A DNA stretch of 64,000 nucleotides from Gammaproteobacteria bacterium (GTDB lineage: Bacteria > Pseudomonadota > Gammaproteobacteria > Pseudomonadales > Halieaceae). The position numbers were made by a program, and so were the translations under genes. The stretch is from contig JAUHYL010000012.1 in NCBI GenBank assembly GCA_030426545.1, positions 5,637 through 69,636 of the forward strand, read 5' to 3'. Below the pieces are notes generated by a model, which was not told where the DNA came from, searched no databases, and worked only from the letters and a program-made list of their open reading frames with translations. Below, in pieces: positions 10,071 to 19,059 of this stretch (within the stretch, counting starts at the first letter, position 1; each line of letters begins with the position of its first letter).

Positions 10071-10493
10071 TCAGCGCCCCGCCAATCGAAAGACGGGTAG
10101 CTTGAAACCGTCCGGGTCTTGCTGAATCGACATCTGTACTGGCAGGTCAAAATCGACATCCGCCGGATCGCAGTCCACCAGTTGTGAAGTCAGGCGCGTA
10201 CCCTCCTCCAGGTCGACGAGCACAATGATCAGCGGGTATTGATACCCCGGGAATTGCGGGTAAGTGAGCACCGTGTAGCTGCATATCGTGCCGCGGCCGC
10301 TGGCTTCGACGGCCTCCCACTCCAGCGATCGGCATTCACCGCACATCGGCCGCGGCGGGTGGCGCAATGTCTGGCAGGCGCTGCAGCGCTGTATGCCCAG
10401 CTTGCCCGCGTCGGCCATTTCCCACCACCACGCGTTGTCCGGGTTCAGCGGTGGCTTGATGCGCGATGCGTCAGCCAAAGCGTTCGCTTCCAC
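10071..10493 (-). CDS. Stand-alone DUF35 Zn-ribbon/OB-fold protein
   Basis: CSAC-x10-CGEC zinc ribbon followed by an OB fold ('GRGTICSYT', 'VLVDLEEGTRL'). Confidence 0.9.
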   Translation of the reverse strand: MEANALADASRIKPPLNPDNAWWWEMADAGKLGIQRCSACQTLRHPPRPMCGECRSLEWEAVEASGRGTICSYTVLTYPQFPGYQYPLIIVLVDLEEGTRLTSQLVDCDPADVDFDLPVQMSIQQDPDGFKLPVFRLAGR

Positions 10494-11642
10494 CTACACT
10501 TCCAACGCGCGAAAGCCGAGCGAATCGTCCTCGGCCAGCAGACGGCCCAGTTGTTCCAGCTGCTGGCTGGCGTTGCCCAGCGAATAACTGATGTGCTTGG
10601 CCAGCAGAAAGAAGCGATGTATGGGGTATTCGATATCCGCACCCATGCCGCCGTGCAGATGCTGCGCGGTGGAAACGATACGGTGCGCCGCGTCACAGGC
10701 CCACCACTTCGCGGCGCGGGTTTCCGCGCGCGCATCCAGGTTTTCGCTCAGCCGCCACAATGCAAGCCAGTAAGTGGAGCGAATCGCTTCCACATCGATA
10801 TAGCTGTCTGCCATGCGCATGGCCAGCGCCTGGAAAGATCCCAGCGGGATACCGAACTGCTTGCGCTCACTGACGTATTCCGCCGTGCGTCGCATCGCCG
10901 CTTCAGTAACGCCAACCTGCAGTGCACACTGGCCGACATTCGCGCGCTGCAACAACCATTCACTGATCTGTGCGCCCTGGCCCACAGTACCCAACACCTC
11001 GCCGGCGCCCACGGTGACGCCGTCCAGTTCGAGGTGAGCCGCGCGCTCGCCCGACAGACTGAACTCAACCGGTGTCACCGATACACCGGGTGATTGCGCG
11101 GCGACGATAAACCAGGTTTCGCCCGCACTGGTCTGTGCAGGCACCAGAATGTAATCCGCCACCGCACCGTCGGGCACAACCGCTTTACTGCCTTTGAGCA
11201 CCCAGTCGTCGCCGGATTGCTCGGCATGCACCGCCGTTGCCACGGCCGCGTTCATCCCCACCTCGGCCAGCGCCGCGCTGAACTTCGCCTCGCCAGTGGC
11301 CAGCGCAGCCAGATAACGCTGCTGTTGATCGGCGCTACCAAACTCGGTCAGTGGCAGGCCGCCCAGCACCAGCGAAGCGAACAGCGGCACCGGCGCGACG
11401 CGCCTGCCCTGTTCTTCCAGCACCAGACAGAGCTCAATCAGGCCCAGGCCTGTGCCGCCGGCGCCTTCCGGTACGGCCACACCCAGCAGACCCTGTTCAG
11501 CCAGCGTCTGCCACAGGACCGCGTCGTAAGTCTCGTCGGTGCGCGAAAAGTCGAGCATGAACTCGTCTGTCGCGCGATCGCCAAAAATCTGCGCCGCAAG
11601 ATCGCGAATGGCGTTCTGGTCGTCGTTGAAACTAAATTCCAT
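10494..11642 (-). CDS. Acyl-CoA dehydrogenase, ChsE1/FadE28-like (probable non-catalytic subunit)
   Basis: ACAD fold ('RKQFGIPLGSFQAL', 'QHLHGGMG'). It lacks the Glu seen in the partner's 'NHERV' (here 'LQRAN') and the C-terminal EG motif. Confidence 0.85.
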   Translation of the reverse strand: MEFSFNDDQNAIRDLAAQIFGDRATDEFMLDFSRTDETYDAVLWQTLAEQGLLGVAVPEGAGGTGLGLIELCLVLEEQGRRVAPVPLFASLVLGGLPLTEFGSADQQQRYLAALATGEAKFSAALAEVGMNAAVATAVHAEQSGDDWVLKGSKAVVPDGAVADYILVPAQTSAGETWFIVAAQSPGVSVTPVEFSLSGERAAHLELDGVTVGAGEVLGTVGQGAQISEWLLQRANVGQCALQVGVTEAAMRRTAEYVSERKQFGIPLGSFQALAMRMADSYIDVEAIRSTYWLALWRLSENLDARAETRAAKWWACDAAHRIVSTAQHLHGGMGADIEYPIHRFFLLAKHISYSLGNASQQLEQLGRLLAEDDSLGFRALEV

Positions 11643-11704
11643 TGTCTACTGCCTCGTTTGTCATCGCGGTTTCGGACGTCGCAAGCCTCTTGCAGCGCCG
11701 TTTT

Positions 11705-12454
11705 CTAAAGCGTTCTCACCATCGCGGTCAGGTTACGCGTGTACTTCAATTGTTTTTCATTCGGGTTTTGCAAAAACAGCGCGCGGTAATACATGGTGCT
11801 GAGCAGCTCGGCAAATTGTTCCACCGACAGTTTCGCGGCGCGCAGTGTCTTGCTTTCGTTCACAAAATATTCGCGCAGCAGGCCTTCGCCAATGCCGGCA
11901 AGCGAGTACACCACCATTAACGCCTGGTGCTTTTTAAACTTCACATCCGGAAACAGCCTTGGCATCAGGTCCACCAGCCACATAAGCTGGTTGCGATAGT
12001 TCTCGCGCAGCAACGCAGAAAACGCCTCGTCTTCATCGGCCAGTTGCAGCATGCAGCGCATCACTCCCGGCCGCTTTGCATAGCTGCGCACGATCACCAG
12101 GTTGTGAGCGTAGATGCGCGCATACCAGTCGCCCCTGGGTACGTCTTTCTCTATTTCCTCGGGATCGTTGCTGGCGCTGGCAAAATCCGACAAAACCTCA
12201 ACAGTGAGCGACTTCAGGTCTTTGAAGTAGTGATAGAACAATCCCTGCGCCACGCCTGCCTCCTGCGTGACGTCGGCAATTCGCATGCGGTGATAGCCCT
12301 GACGCTCCAGCACGCGCAGCGCCGCCGCCTTCAGGCCTGCGCGTGCGCGCTCTCCCTTGGCGGTTTTGGCGCTGTCGGCGGAGGCGGTCGCCGCTACCCT
12401 GGCGGACTGCTCCTCGCTCACAGCCTTGGACGCTGTCGATCTGGACATGGCCAC
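11705..12454 (-). CDS. TetR/AcrR family transcriptional regulator
   Basis: N-terminal HTH 'IADVTQEAGVAQGLFYHYFKD'; start is GTG 12454 or ATG 12448. Confidence 0.92.
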   Translation of the reverse strand: MAMSRSTASKAVSEEQSARVAATASADSAKTAKGERARAGLKAAALRVLERQGYHRMRIADVTQEAGVAQGLFYHYFKDLKSLTVEVLSDFASASNDPEEIEKDVPRGDWYARIYAHNLVIVRSYAKRPGVMRCMLQLADEDEAFSALLRENYRNQLMWLVDLMPRLFPDVKFKKHQALMVVYSLAGIGEGLLREYFVNESKTLRAAKLSVEQFAELLSTMYYRALFLQNPNEKQLKYTRNLTAMVRTL

Positions 12455-12461
12455 AAAATAG

Positions 12462-12483
12462 TTGAATTTGAATTCAAAATCAA
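12462..12483. promoter_or_regulatory. 22-bp near-perfect palindrome, probable TetR operator
   Basis: TTGAATTTGAATTCAAAATCAA (perfect 12-bp core TTTGAATTCAAA, one mismatched pair) lies in the 63-bp AT-rich gap between the divergent TetR and ACAD genes. Confidence 0.75.
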
Positions 12484-12517
12484 TATTATGGTGCCATCAA
12501 TCGCCAGGAGTCACCCG

Positions 12518-13690
12518 ATGTTTGTCGATTACACTGAACACCAGCGCGAATTGCGCCGTGAGTTTCGCGCGTACTTCACCAGCCTCATCAAGCCTGAGCA
12601 TCGCGAAGAACTGCGCAACGCGGAAAGCGGCGGCCTCTACAAGGAACTTATTCGCCAACAGGGCAAAGACCAGATGCTGGCGGTGGGCTGGCCGGAACAG
12701 TACGGCGGTCGCGGCCTGACAGAGAGCGAGCAGCTAATCCGCTACGAAGAAGCACTGCTGGCGGGTGCGCCCACACCCTTCGTGACCCTGAATACCGTAG
12801 GCCCGGCCATCATGAGCAAGGGCACCGAGGAACAGAAGCAGCGCTTCTTGCCCGGGATCGCCGCAGGCGAACTGCACTTTGCGATCGGCTATACAGAGCC
12901 GGGGGCAGGCACAGACCTGGCATCGCTCACCACGTCAGCCGTCAAGAATGGCGATCACTACGTGGTCAACGGCAACAAGGTGTTTACCTCCGGTGCGGAA
13001 GGAGCTGACTACATTTTTCTCGCCGTGCGCACAGACCCCGACGTGAAAAAACACAAGGGCATTTCTATCCTGGTCGCCTCCACTGACGATCCGGGCTTTT
13101 CGCGTGGACCGATCCACACAGTGGGCGGTGTGCACACCAATGTCACCTACTACGACAATGTGAAGGTGCCGCTGGACATGATTGTTGGGCAGGAGAACGG
13201 CGGCTGGGGCCTGATCACCGAGCAGTTGAACCACGAGCGCGTGGGCCTGGCCGCCTGGGGCATCCAGGGCTGGAAACTGTTCCGCAGCGCCATGGACTGG
13301 GCGCGGGAAACCAAAGGCGCCGATGGCCGCAGAGTGATTGATGACCCTACGACGCAGCGCAATCTCGCCGAGTGCTACGCGCATCTCGAAGCGATGCGGG
13401 TGATGAATGCCCGTATGTCCTGGCAACTGGATCAGCACTCCATGGACCCCGTGTTCCCCTCCGCCATTAAGGTGTATTCAACTGAAATCATGCTGGAACT
13501 GTGCCGCCTGCTGATGGACGTGGTCGGCCCACACGCCCTGATCGCCGCGGGCAGCGAGGGCGCCGCCCTGCACGGCGATCTTGAGCACGAGTATCGCCGC
13601 GCCACCATCAACACCTTTGGCGGCGGTGTCGTGGAAGTGCTGCGCGGACTGGTGGCAACACACGGGCTGGGCATGCCCGTACACCGCTAG
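12518..13690 (+). CDS. Acyl-CoA dehydrogenase, ChsE2/FadE29-like (probable catalytic subunit)
   Basis: True start is ATG 12518 after the AGGAG RBS, not the ORF-track start at 11927. Motifs: 'GYTEPGAGTDLASL', 'GNKVFTSGA', 'QLNHERV', 'INTFGGGVVEV'. Confidence 0.9.
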   Translation: MFVDYTEHQRELRREFRAYFTSLIKPEHREELRNAESGGLYKELIRQQGKDQMLAVGWPEQYGGRGLTESEQLIRYEEALLAGAPTPFVTLNTVGPAIMSKGTEEQKQRFLPGIAAGELHFAIGYTEPGAGTDLASLTTSAVKNGDHYVVNGNKVFTSGAEGADYIFLAVRTDPDVKKHKGISILVASTDDPGFSRGPIHTVGGVHTNVTYYDNVKVPLDMIVGQENGGWGLITEQLNHERVGLAAWGIQGWKLFRSAMDWARETKGADGRRVIDDPTTQRNLAECYAHLEAMRVMNARMSWQLDQHSMDPVFPSAIKVYSTEIMLELCRLLMDVVGPHALIAAGSEGAALHGDLEHEYRRATINTFGGGVVEVLRGLVATHGLGMPVHR

Positions 13691-13768
13691 CAGTGCCTGC
13701 CTCGCCGCTACACACATTGTGCAACACGGCGCATTGATAATTACCGTTCGAGAAAGGACTACAACCCC

Positions 13769-14728
13769 ATGAATGCTGACGAACAGAAAGCCTTCGAAGA
13801 AGAGATCTATGCCTTTGTTGGCAGGGAGGTTTGCCCCCCTACCCCGGCGCCTGACGATGTCAACATGGCAATGATTCGCCAGTGGGCCGAGGTATTGGGC
13901 GAGACCAACCCGGCCTACCTGGACCCAGCGTGGGCACAACAAAGTGCGCGCGGCAAAACGATCGCGCCGCCCGCAATGATGTACGTCTGGGGGCAGGAAG
14001 GGTTTGCCGCCACCAGGGGGCGCGCACCCAACGCCCAGGTAGACCTGGTGGAAACCTTCAACCGGTACGGCTACACCGGCGTGCTGGGCACTAACGTCAA
14101 GCAGGAATACGTCAAAGAGGTAGGCCCGGGCGACAATGTGTCCATGCAGATGGTGATCGACAATATTTCCGAGCGAAAAACCACCTCGCGCGGTACCGGG
14201 TATTTCTTCGAAACCCTGGCCACTTTTACTGACCAGGCTGGCGAAGTGGTCGGAACACAGCGCTTCAAGGTATTGAAGTTCATTCCACAGGAGCAGCCAG
14301 CGGCTGCCAGCAGCGATGATGGCGGACTGGAAGTGCCTACACGCATCGCCTCACCACGCGGCCAGGATAACGGCTGGTGGTGGGACGCCGTCGATGAAGG
14401 CAAGGTATTGATACAGCGTTGCAAGAGTTGTCAGACGCTGCGCCATCCGCCGCGACCGATGTGTGGCGAGTGCCAGTCTATGGAGTGGGACTCCATCGAA
14501 TCATCCCTGGATGGCGAGGTGCTTTCCTACACCTGCCTGCGTCACCCGGCGATCCCGGGTTACCCGAAAGACCCCATCTGCGCCGTTATCAAACTGGGCG
14601 AAGGTACCAATATCGTCTCCAACCTGGTCGGCTGCGAGTACGAGGACGTGCAGATAGGCATGCGCGTCAAGGGCAAGATCGAACAGGTGGATGAGAAAAC
14701 CCTACTGCCGCAGTTTTACCCGGCATAA
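13769..14728 (+). CDS. chsH2: ChsH2-like hydratase subunit: N-terminal MaoC-like domain plus C-terminal DUF35
   Basis: 'MIRQWAEVLGETNPAYLD..IAPPAM' hotdog domain, then a CKSC-x10-CGEC zinc ribbon and OB fold; gene order matches the igr operon. Confidence 0.82.
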   Translation: MNADEQKAFEEEIYAFVGREVCPPTPAPDDVNMAMIRQWAEVLGETNPAYLDPAWAQQSARGKTIAPPAMMYVWGQEGFAATRGRAPNAQVDLVETFNRYGYTGVLGTNVKQEYVKEVGPGDNVSMQMVIDNISERKTTSRGTGYFFETLATFTDQAGEVVGTQRFKVLKFIPQEQPAAASSDDGGLEVPTRIASPRGQDNGWWWDAVDEGKVLIQRCKSCQTLRHPPRPMCGECQSMEWDSIESSLDGEVLSYTCLRHPAIPGYPKDPICAVIKLGEGTNIVSNLVGCEYEDVQIGMRVKGKIEQVDEKTLLPQFYPA

Positions 14729-14746
14729 GCGCACAGGAGTAGAAAG

Positions 14747-15178
14747 ATGAGCGACTACAAGACACTGAGCTGCGCCGAGGTTTCCGTCGGTGACAAGCTG
14801 GGCGCGGTGGATGTGGATATCACCACTGGCCTGGTCGTCTGCGGCGCGCTGGCGACGCGTGATTTTGAACCGGTGCACCATAACAAGGCCGAAGCCCAGG
14901 CCATCGGTATGCCCGACGTGTTTATGAATATCCTGACCAGCCAGGGCCTGATGACCCGCTATGCCACGGACTGGTCCGGCCCGGAGGCCGTGGTGAAATC
15001 CATTGACCTGCAGCTGGGCGCGCCCAATGTGCCCGGCATGGTAATGACCATGACCGGCGAAGTGACGGCGATTGATGCCGACACCGGCGTGGTCGACGTC
15101 GCTGTAGCCGGCGAAAACAACATCTGGGGCATGCATATGCAGGGCACCGTTCAACTGGCACTGCCGAGGGAGGCTTAA
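14747..15178 (+). CDS. chsH1: ChsH1-like MaoC enoyl-CoA hydratase subunit
   Basis: 'ALATRDFEPVHH' (D-x4-H dyad), 'DVFMNILT', 'DWSGP'. Confidence 0.85.
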   Translation: MSDYKTLSCAEVSVGDKLGAVDVDITTGLVVCGALATRDFEPVHHNKAEAQAIGMPDVFMNILTSQGLMTRYATDWSGPEAVVKSIDLQLGAPNVPGMVMTMTGEVTAIDADTGVVDVAVAGENNIWGMHMQGTVQLALPREA

Positions 15179-15181
15179 ACC

Positions 15182-16360
15182 GTGGTCGCAAATGTAAAGG
15201 ACAAGGCGGTTATCGTCGGTGTACACAATACCAGGTTCACTAAGAACTCCGGCGTATCCGAACTCAATCTCGCCGCCCAGGCCGTGAAGGGCGCAATCGA
15301 TGACGCGGGCCTGAAGCCCACCGACATCGACGGCTTTGCCACCTTCACCATGGATTCCAATGACGAGATCGAAGTGGCACGCGCCGTCGGCACCGGCGAC
15401 ATGACCTTCTGGGGCCGCTCCCACTACGGCGGCGGCGCCGCCACCGGCAGCCTGCACCAGGCGGTCATGGCCGTGTCCACGGGGATGGCTGAGTGCGTTG
15501 CGGTGTTCCGCGCATTGAATGGCCGCTCCGGCCACCGCTTCTCCGACGGCGTCTCGGGCGACATCATGACTGCCGACGCCATTCACTGGGGCTGGTACAT
15601 GCCCTATGGCTTGCTGACCCCGGCCTCCTGGGTAGCCATGTTCACCCAGCGCTGGATGCACCTGACCGGTATCACCAAGGATGCGCTGTTTGAAGTTGCC
15701 CACGCCACCCGTGAGTACGCGGTCAATAATCCCAACGCCTTTTTCCACGGGCGACACTTCGATCGCGAAGAGTATGACAACGCGCGCACCATCGCCGACC
15801 CGCTACAGCTGTTTGACTGCTGCCAGGAAAGCGACGGCGCATCCTGCGTCATCGTCACCACCCCGGAGCGTGCGCGCGACCTGAAACAACCCGGTGTCGC
15901 GGTGCGCGGCGTGGCGCAGGCCGCCGCGGCTGACCAGGAGCAGATGACCTCCTTCTACCGGGAGGAGTTTGCCGGCATTCCGGAGATGGAGATCGCGGCA
16001 AAGAATTGCTACGAGATGTCCGGTCTCACCCCGGACGACATCGACGCGGCCGTGATCTACGATGCGTTTTCACCCATCGTGCTGTGGCAGCTGGAAGCAT
16101 GGAATTTCTGCGGCTTCGGCGAGTCAGGCGACTTTGTGCTGGACGGCGCCATGCGCCCGGACGGCCGCCTGCCCACCAATACACACGGCGGACAACTCTC
16201 TGAGGCCTATATCCACGGTGTGAACGGTATCGTCGAGGCAGCAAGACTGGTGCGCGGCACCTCCCTCAACCAGCCGAACAAGCCGGTGAATCATGCGCTG
16301 GTCACATCTGGCGTGGGCATCCCCACCGGCGGTGCACTATTGGGTAAGCTCGACGGCTAG
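15182..16360 (+). CDS. ltp2: Ltp2 steroid side-chain aldolase (thiolase fold)
   Basis: No nucleophilic Cys ('HYGGGAA'); 'IYDAF' and 'HGGQLSEAYIHG'; directly follows chsH2-chsH1. Confidence 0.85.
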   Translation: MVANVKDKAVIVGVHNTRFTKNSGVSELNLAAQAVKGAIDDAGLKPTDIDGFATFTMDSNDEIEVARAVGTGDMTFWGRSHYGGGAATGSLHQAVMAVSTGMAECVAVFRALNGRSGHRFSDGVSGDIMTADAIHWGWYMPYGLLTPASWVAMFTQRWMHLTGITKDALFEVAHATREYAVNNPNAFFHGRHFDREEYDNARTIADPLQLFDCCQESDGASCVIVTTPERARDLKQPGVAVRGVAQAAAADQEQMTSFYREEFAGIPEMEIAAKNCYEMSGLTPDDIDAAVIYDAFSPIVLWQLEAWNFCGFGESGDFVLDGAMRPDGRLPTNTHGGQLSEAYIHGVNGIVEAARLVRGTSLNQPNKPVNHALVTSGVGIPTGGALLGKLDG

Positions 16361-16377
16361 GGGCCGGCGGCAAGTGC

Positions 16378-17949
16378 CTACTCGGCAATGCGCGCGCTCA
16401 GCACTGCAGCGCGCAACCCCCTGCCCTCCTGCAAACGGGTGACGACGCTGGCCTGCTTACCCGCAGGCAGCGTACCGCGCACGCGGTAGCGTTTTGCTTC
16501 ACTCAGCTGGCGCCCGTTAGGGTCAAAATACGCGGCGCCGACCTCGATATTCGTTACCGTGAGCGGAGACTCGTTGCGCACAACGATCACGATTCTTCCC
16601 TGTGCGTCCCGGGCCAGCGCGCTCTTCAGGTACTGTCCAGGTTTGTCTTCGAGTTGCAGTTGGGCCAGTGCCACCCTGGCTTCCTCGCCGTATGGCGATT
16701 GTGAACCTGCCGCTGACTGGTAGTAGCTCAACGCCGCGCTACGGTTCCCTTCCAGCAGCGCAAAATCACCCAGCAGTTTCTGCGCTATGGGGTTGGGCAA
16801 CAGCTCATTGCTTCGCCGCAGGGATGCGACCGCCGGCTCCACCCTGCCCAGTTCCCGCAGGGCCAATCCCTTCTGCAGGTGAAAAGCAAAGTACTCCGGG
16901 TACCGCGCGATGGCCTTGTCGTAGTGGCGCGTTGCGCTCTGATACTTGTCCGTCACCAGCGCCAGGTCACCCTTCAGGCCATGAAACTTGGCCTCCCGCG
17001 GCTGCAGACGGATCGCCTTGTCGGCCAGGCGATCCGCTTCCTGGTACTGCTTTTTCGCCGCGGCCTTCAGGGCAGCGTCATGGGCATCATAGGCGGCCTG
17101 ATCCTTGAGCAAGGGCGCCATGGCGCTGCGATAGCGCTGCCTGCCGTACTCCAGCTCACTGCCGCCAAGGCGGGAGGCGGTTTCGCGATTTCGCTCTACC
17201 CGCGCCTGCGATGGGGGATGCGAGGCAAACAGGCCGTCCAGCCAGTTGCTTTGCCTGCCCTCAGAAAGACTGACAAAGGTCTGCTGTAAATCTATCGCCG
17301 CCGCGGGGTTATAGCCCGCCTCGAACATGTACTGCATGCCGTAGAGATCGGCCTCCAATTCCGCATCGCGCCCGTACTTGGTGCTCACCAACTGCGCACC
17401 CAGCAGCGAACCGCCGGCGATCAGATCGCGGTAATCACTACCCGCCGCCGCCACCTGCGCCGCCAACAGGCCACCCTGCAGCAGCATCCCCCGCTCCTGC
17501 GCCTGGGCGCTGTGCCGCGCGGCGGAGTGCACGATCTCGTGCCCTAGCACCGCAGCGAGTTCCGCCTCGCTCTGCAACTTCACCAGCAAACCGCGATTAA
17601 TGGCCATCTTGCCCCCGGGCATGGCCCAGGCATTGGGTACGGAACTGTTGAGCACCACGATTTCGAACGGCAGATCGCGGTGCGCGACGGCAGTCAGTCG
17701 CTGGTTGACCGACCGCACATAGGCAGTCACGTCAGGGTGTACCACATAGTCTCCGCCCTGCACCTGGCGGGTGGGGAAATACGCCTGCTCGCCCATGCGT
17801 ATTTCCTGGGTGGTGGAAATGAACTGCAGCTCCGTTTCCCCGGTGACGGGATTGGTGCCACAGCCGCACAGCAGTGCCAGCATGCCCAAAAGCACAGCCG
17901 CCGGCGCAAGTCGTCTACTCAAATTCTGGTTCACTGGTGTGGACTCCAT
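16378..17949 (-). CDS. M48 family zinc metalloprotease with TPR repeats (BepA-like lipoprotein)
   Basis: Lipobox 'LLCGC', 'PNAWAMPGG', HEIVH (HExxH), 'ELEADLYG', 'FASHP', TPR-like C-terminal half. Confidence 0.9.
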   Translation of the reverse strand: MESTPVNQNLSRRLAPAAVLLGMLALLCGCGTNPVTGETELQFISTTQEIRMGEQAYFPTRQVQGGDYVVHPDVTAYVRSVNQRLTAVAHRDLPFEIVVLNSSVPNAWAMPGGKMAINRGLLVKLQSEAELAAVLGHEIVHSAARHSAQAQERGMLLQGGLLAAQVAAAGSDYRDLIAGGSLLGAQLVSTKYGRDAELEADLYGMQYMFEAGYNPAAAIDLQQTFVSLSEGRQSNWLDGLFASHPPSQARVERNRETASRLGGSELEYGRQRYRSAMAPLLKDQAAYDAHDAALKAAAKKQYQEADRLADKAIRLQPREAKFHGLKGDLALVTDKYQSATRHYDKAIARYPEYFAFHLQKGLALRELGRVEPAVASLRRSNELLPNPIAQKLLGDFALLEGNRSAALSYYQSAAGSQSPYGEEARVALAQLQLEDKPGQYLKSALARDAQGRIVIVVRNESPLTVTNIEVGAAYFDPNGRQLSEAKRYRVRGTLPAGKQASVVTRLQEGRGLRAAVLSARIAE

Positions 17950-18131
17950 CCCTGGGACGCCCGGCAGGAATGCCCGACTTCAGTCGACAGTGTAAGGCCT
18001 GGATACGGTTGAGCAACACCTGCCGCACACCTGCAGGGGCAACTCGTCAGCGTCCATTCCAGTAGCGGCAGCGATCCGGCCGCCAGGCGGGGTGAATGCA
18101 AGGCTCACTGTCGTCGCAGCAGATAAGGTGC

Positions 18132-19016
18132 CTAACCGAACATGCGCAGGGCTGCTGCGTACTCCTCGCTGTTTTCATCGAACTCGTCGACCTCGACCTC
18201 GGTCTGCACACCGAGTCGCTGAAACGCCCGCACCTCGTTCAGACTGTGCACATTGAGGCGGGAGAGGTCCGTCAGGTGGCTTTGCAAACTGGCCACCTGC
18301 ACCACGTCAATCAGATCAGGATCATTCGCCGCCTGCCGGTCAAACTCTCGGTAGTGCTCAACGACAGCAACGAGACTGGCAGGGAAGTCCCAGCTCTCCA
18401 GTACCGCCACTCCGATCTGCGCACTGACATCGGCGATCAACGCGTCCAGCGCGGCTTCATCTTCGATAAGCTCGGGATTCTCGTCGGCTTTCACCAGCAG
18501 CGGCAGGATACCGATGTTGTGGATCAGCCCCGCGAGCATGGCCTCGTCAACCGCCACTCCGGGTACGGACGCCGCCAGCAACTGGCTACGCGCCGACACG
18601 TCCACATTCAGTTCCCACATATTGCGCAGGTGCTGCTCGACACGCGGTGACGTCGCGGTGAACATCTGCTGCATCGCGAGGCTGGACACAAGGTTTCTGA
18701 CGGCCCTGAAGCCCAGCCGCGAAACGGCTATGGGCACAGTCTCAATCGGCTCCCTTCCGCGATACAGCGGGCTGTTGGAGACCTTGATCAGTTGCGATGC
18801 CAGTGTTGCATCGGTCACGATCAATGTGGCCAGATCCTGCAACGAGGCATTGGGATCGCTGGTCAGATCGCTCACCCGGAGAGTCACCTCGGGCAGCATT
18901 GGCAATACCAGCTTGCCGCTTTGCAACTCGCCCAGAACCTGCCCGCTAAACTCCATTACCGCTTTCGCATCAGCATCCAGGTGAGACTGTTCACGCATTA
19001 CTTCTACTCCGTTCAT
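18132..19016 (-). CDS. Stand-alone HDOD domain protein
   Basis: 'LPMLPEVTLRV', 'DATLASQLIKVSNSPLY', 'AVSRLGFRAVRNL', 'AGLIHNIG', 'SWDFP'. Confidence 0.9.
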   Translation of the reverse strand: MNGVEVMREQSHLDADAKAVMEFSGQVLGELQSGKLVLPMLPEVTLRVSDLTSDPNASLQDLATLIVTDATLASQLIKVSNSPLYRGREPIETVPIAVSRLGFRAVRNLVSSLAMQQMFTATSPRVEQHLRNMWELNVDVSARSQLLAASVPGVAVDEAMLAGLIHNIGILPLLVKADENPELIEDEAALDALIADVSAQIGVAVLESWDFPASLVAVVEHYREFDRQAANDPDLIDVVQVASLQSHLTDLSRLNVHSLNEVRAFQRLGVQTEVEVDEFDENSEEYAAALRMFG

Positions 19017-19059
19017 GTTTTCGCAATTTGCGCACGCAATGCGCGCGACAATCAGACAG

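Noticed and set aside
11927-12517. N-terminal 197 codons of the 587-aa ORF 11927..13690
   Set aside because: Antisense overlap with the TetR gene; ACAD homology and an AGGAG RBS begin at ATG 12518.
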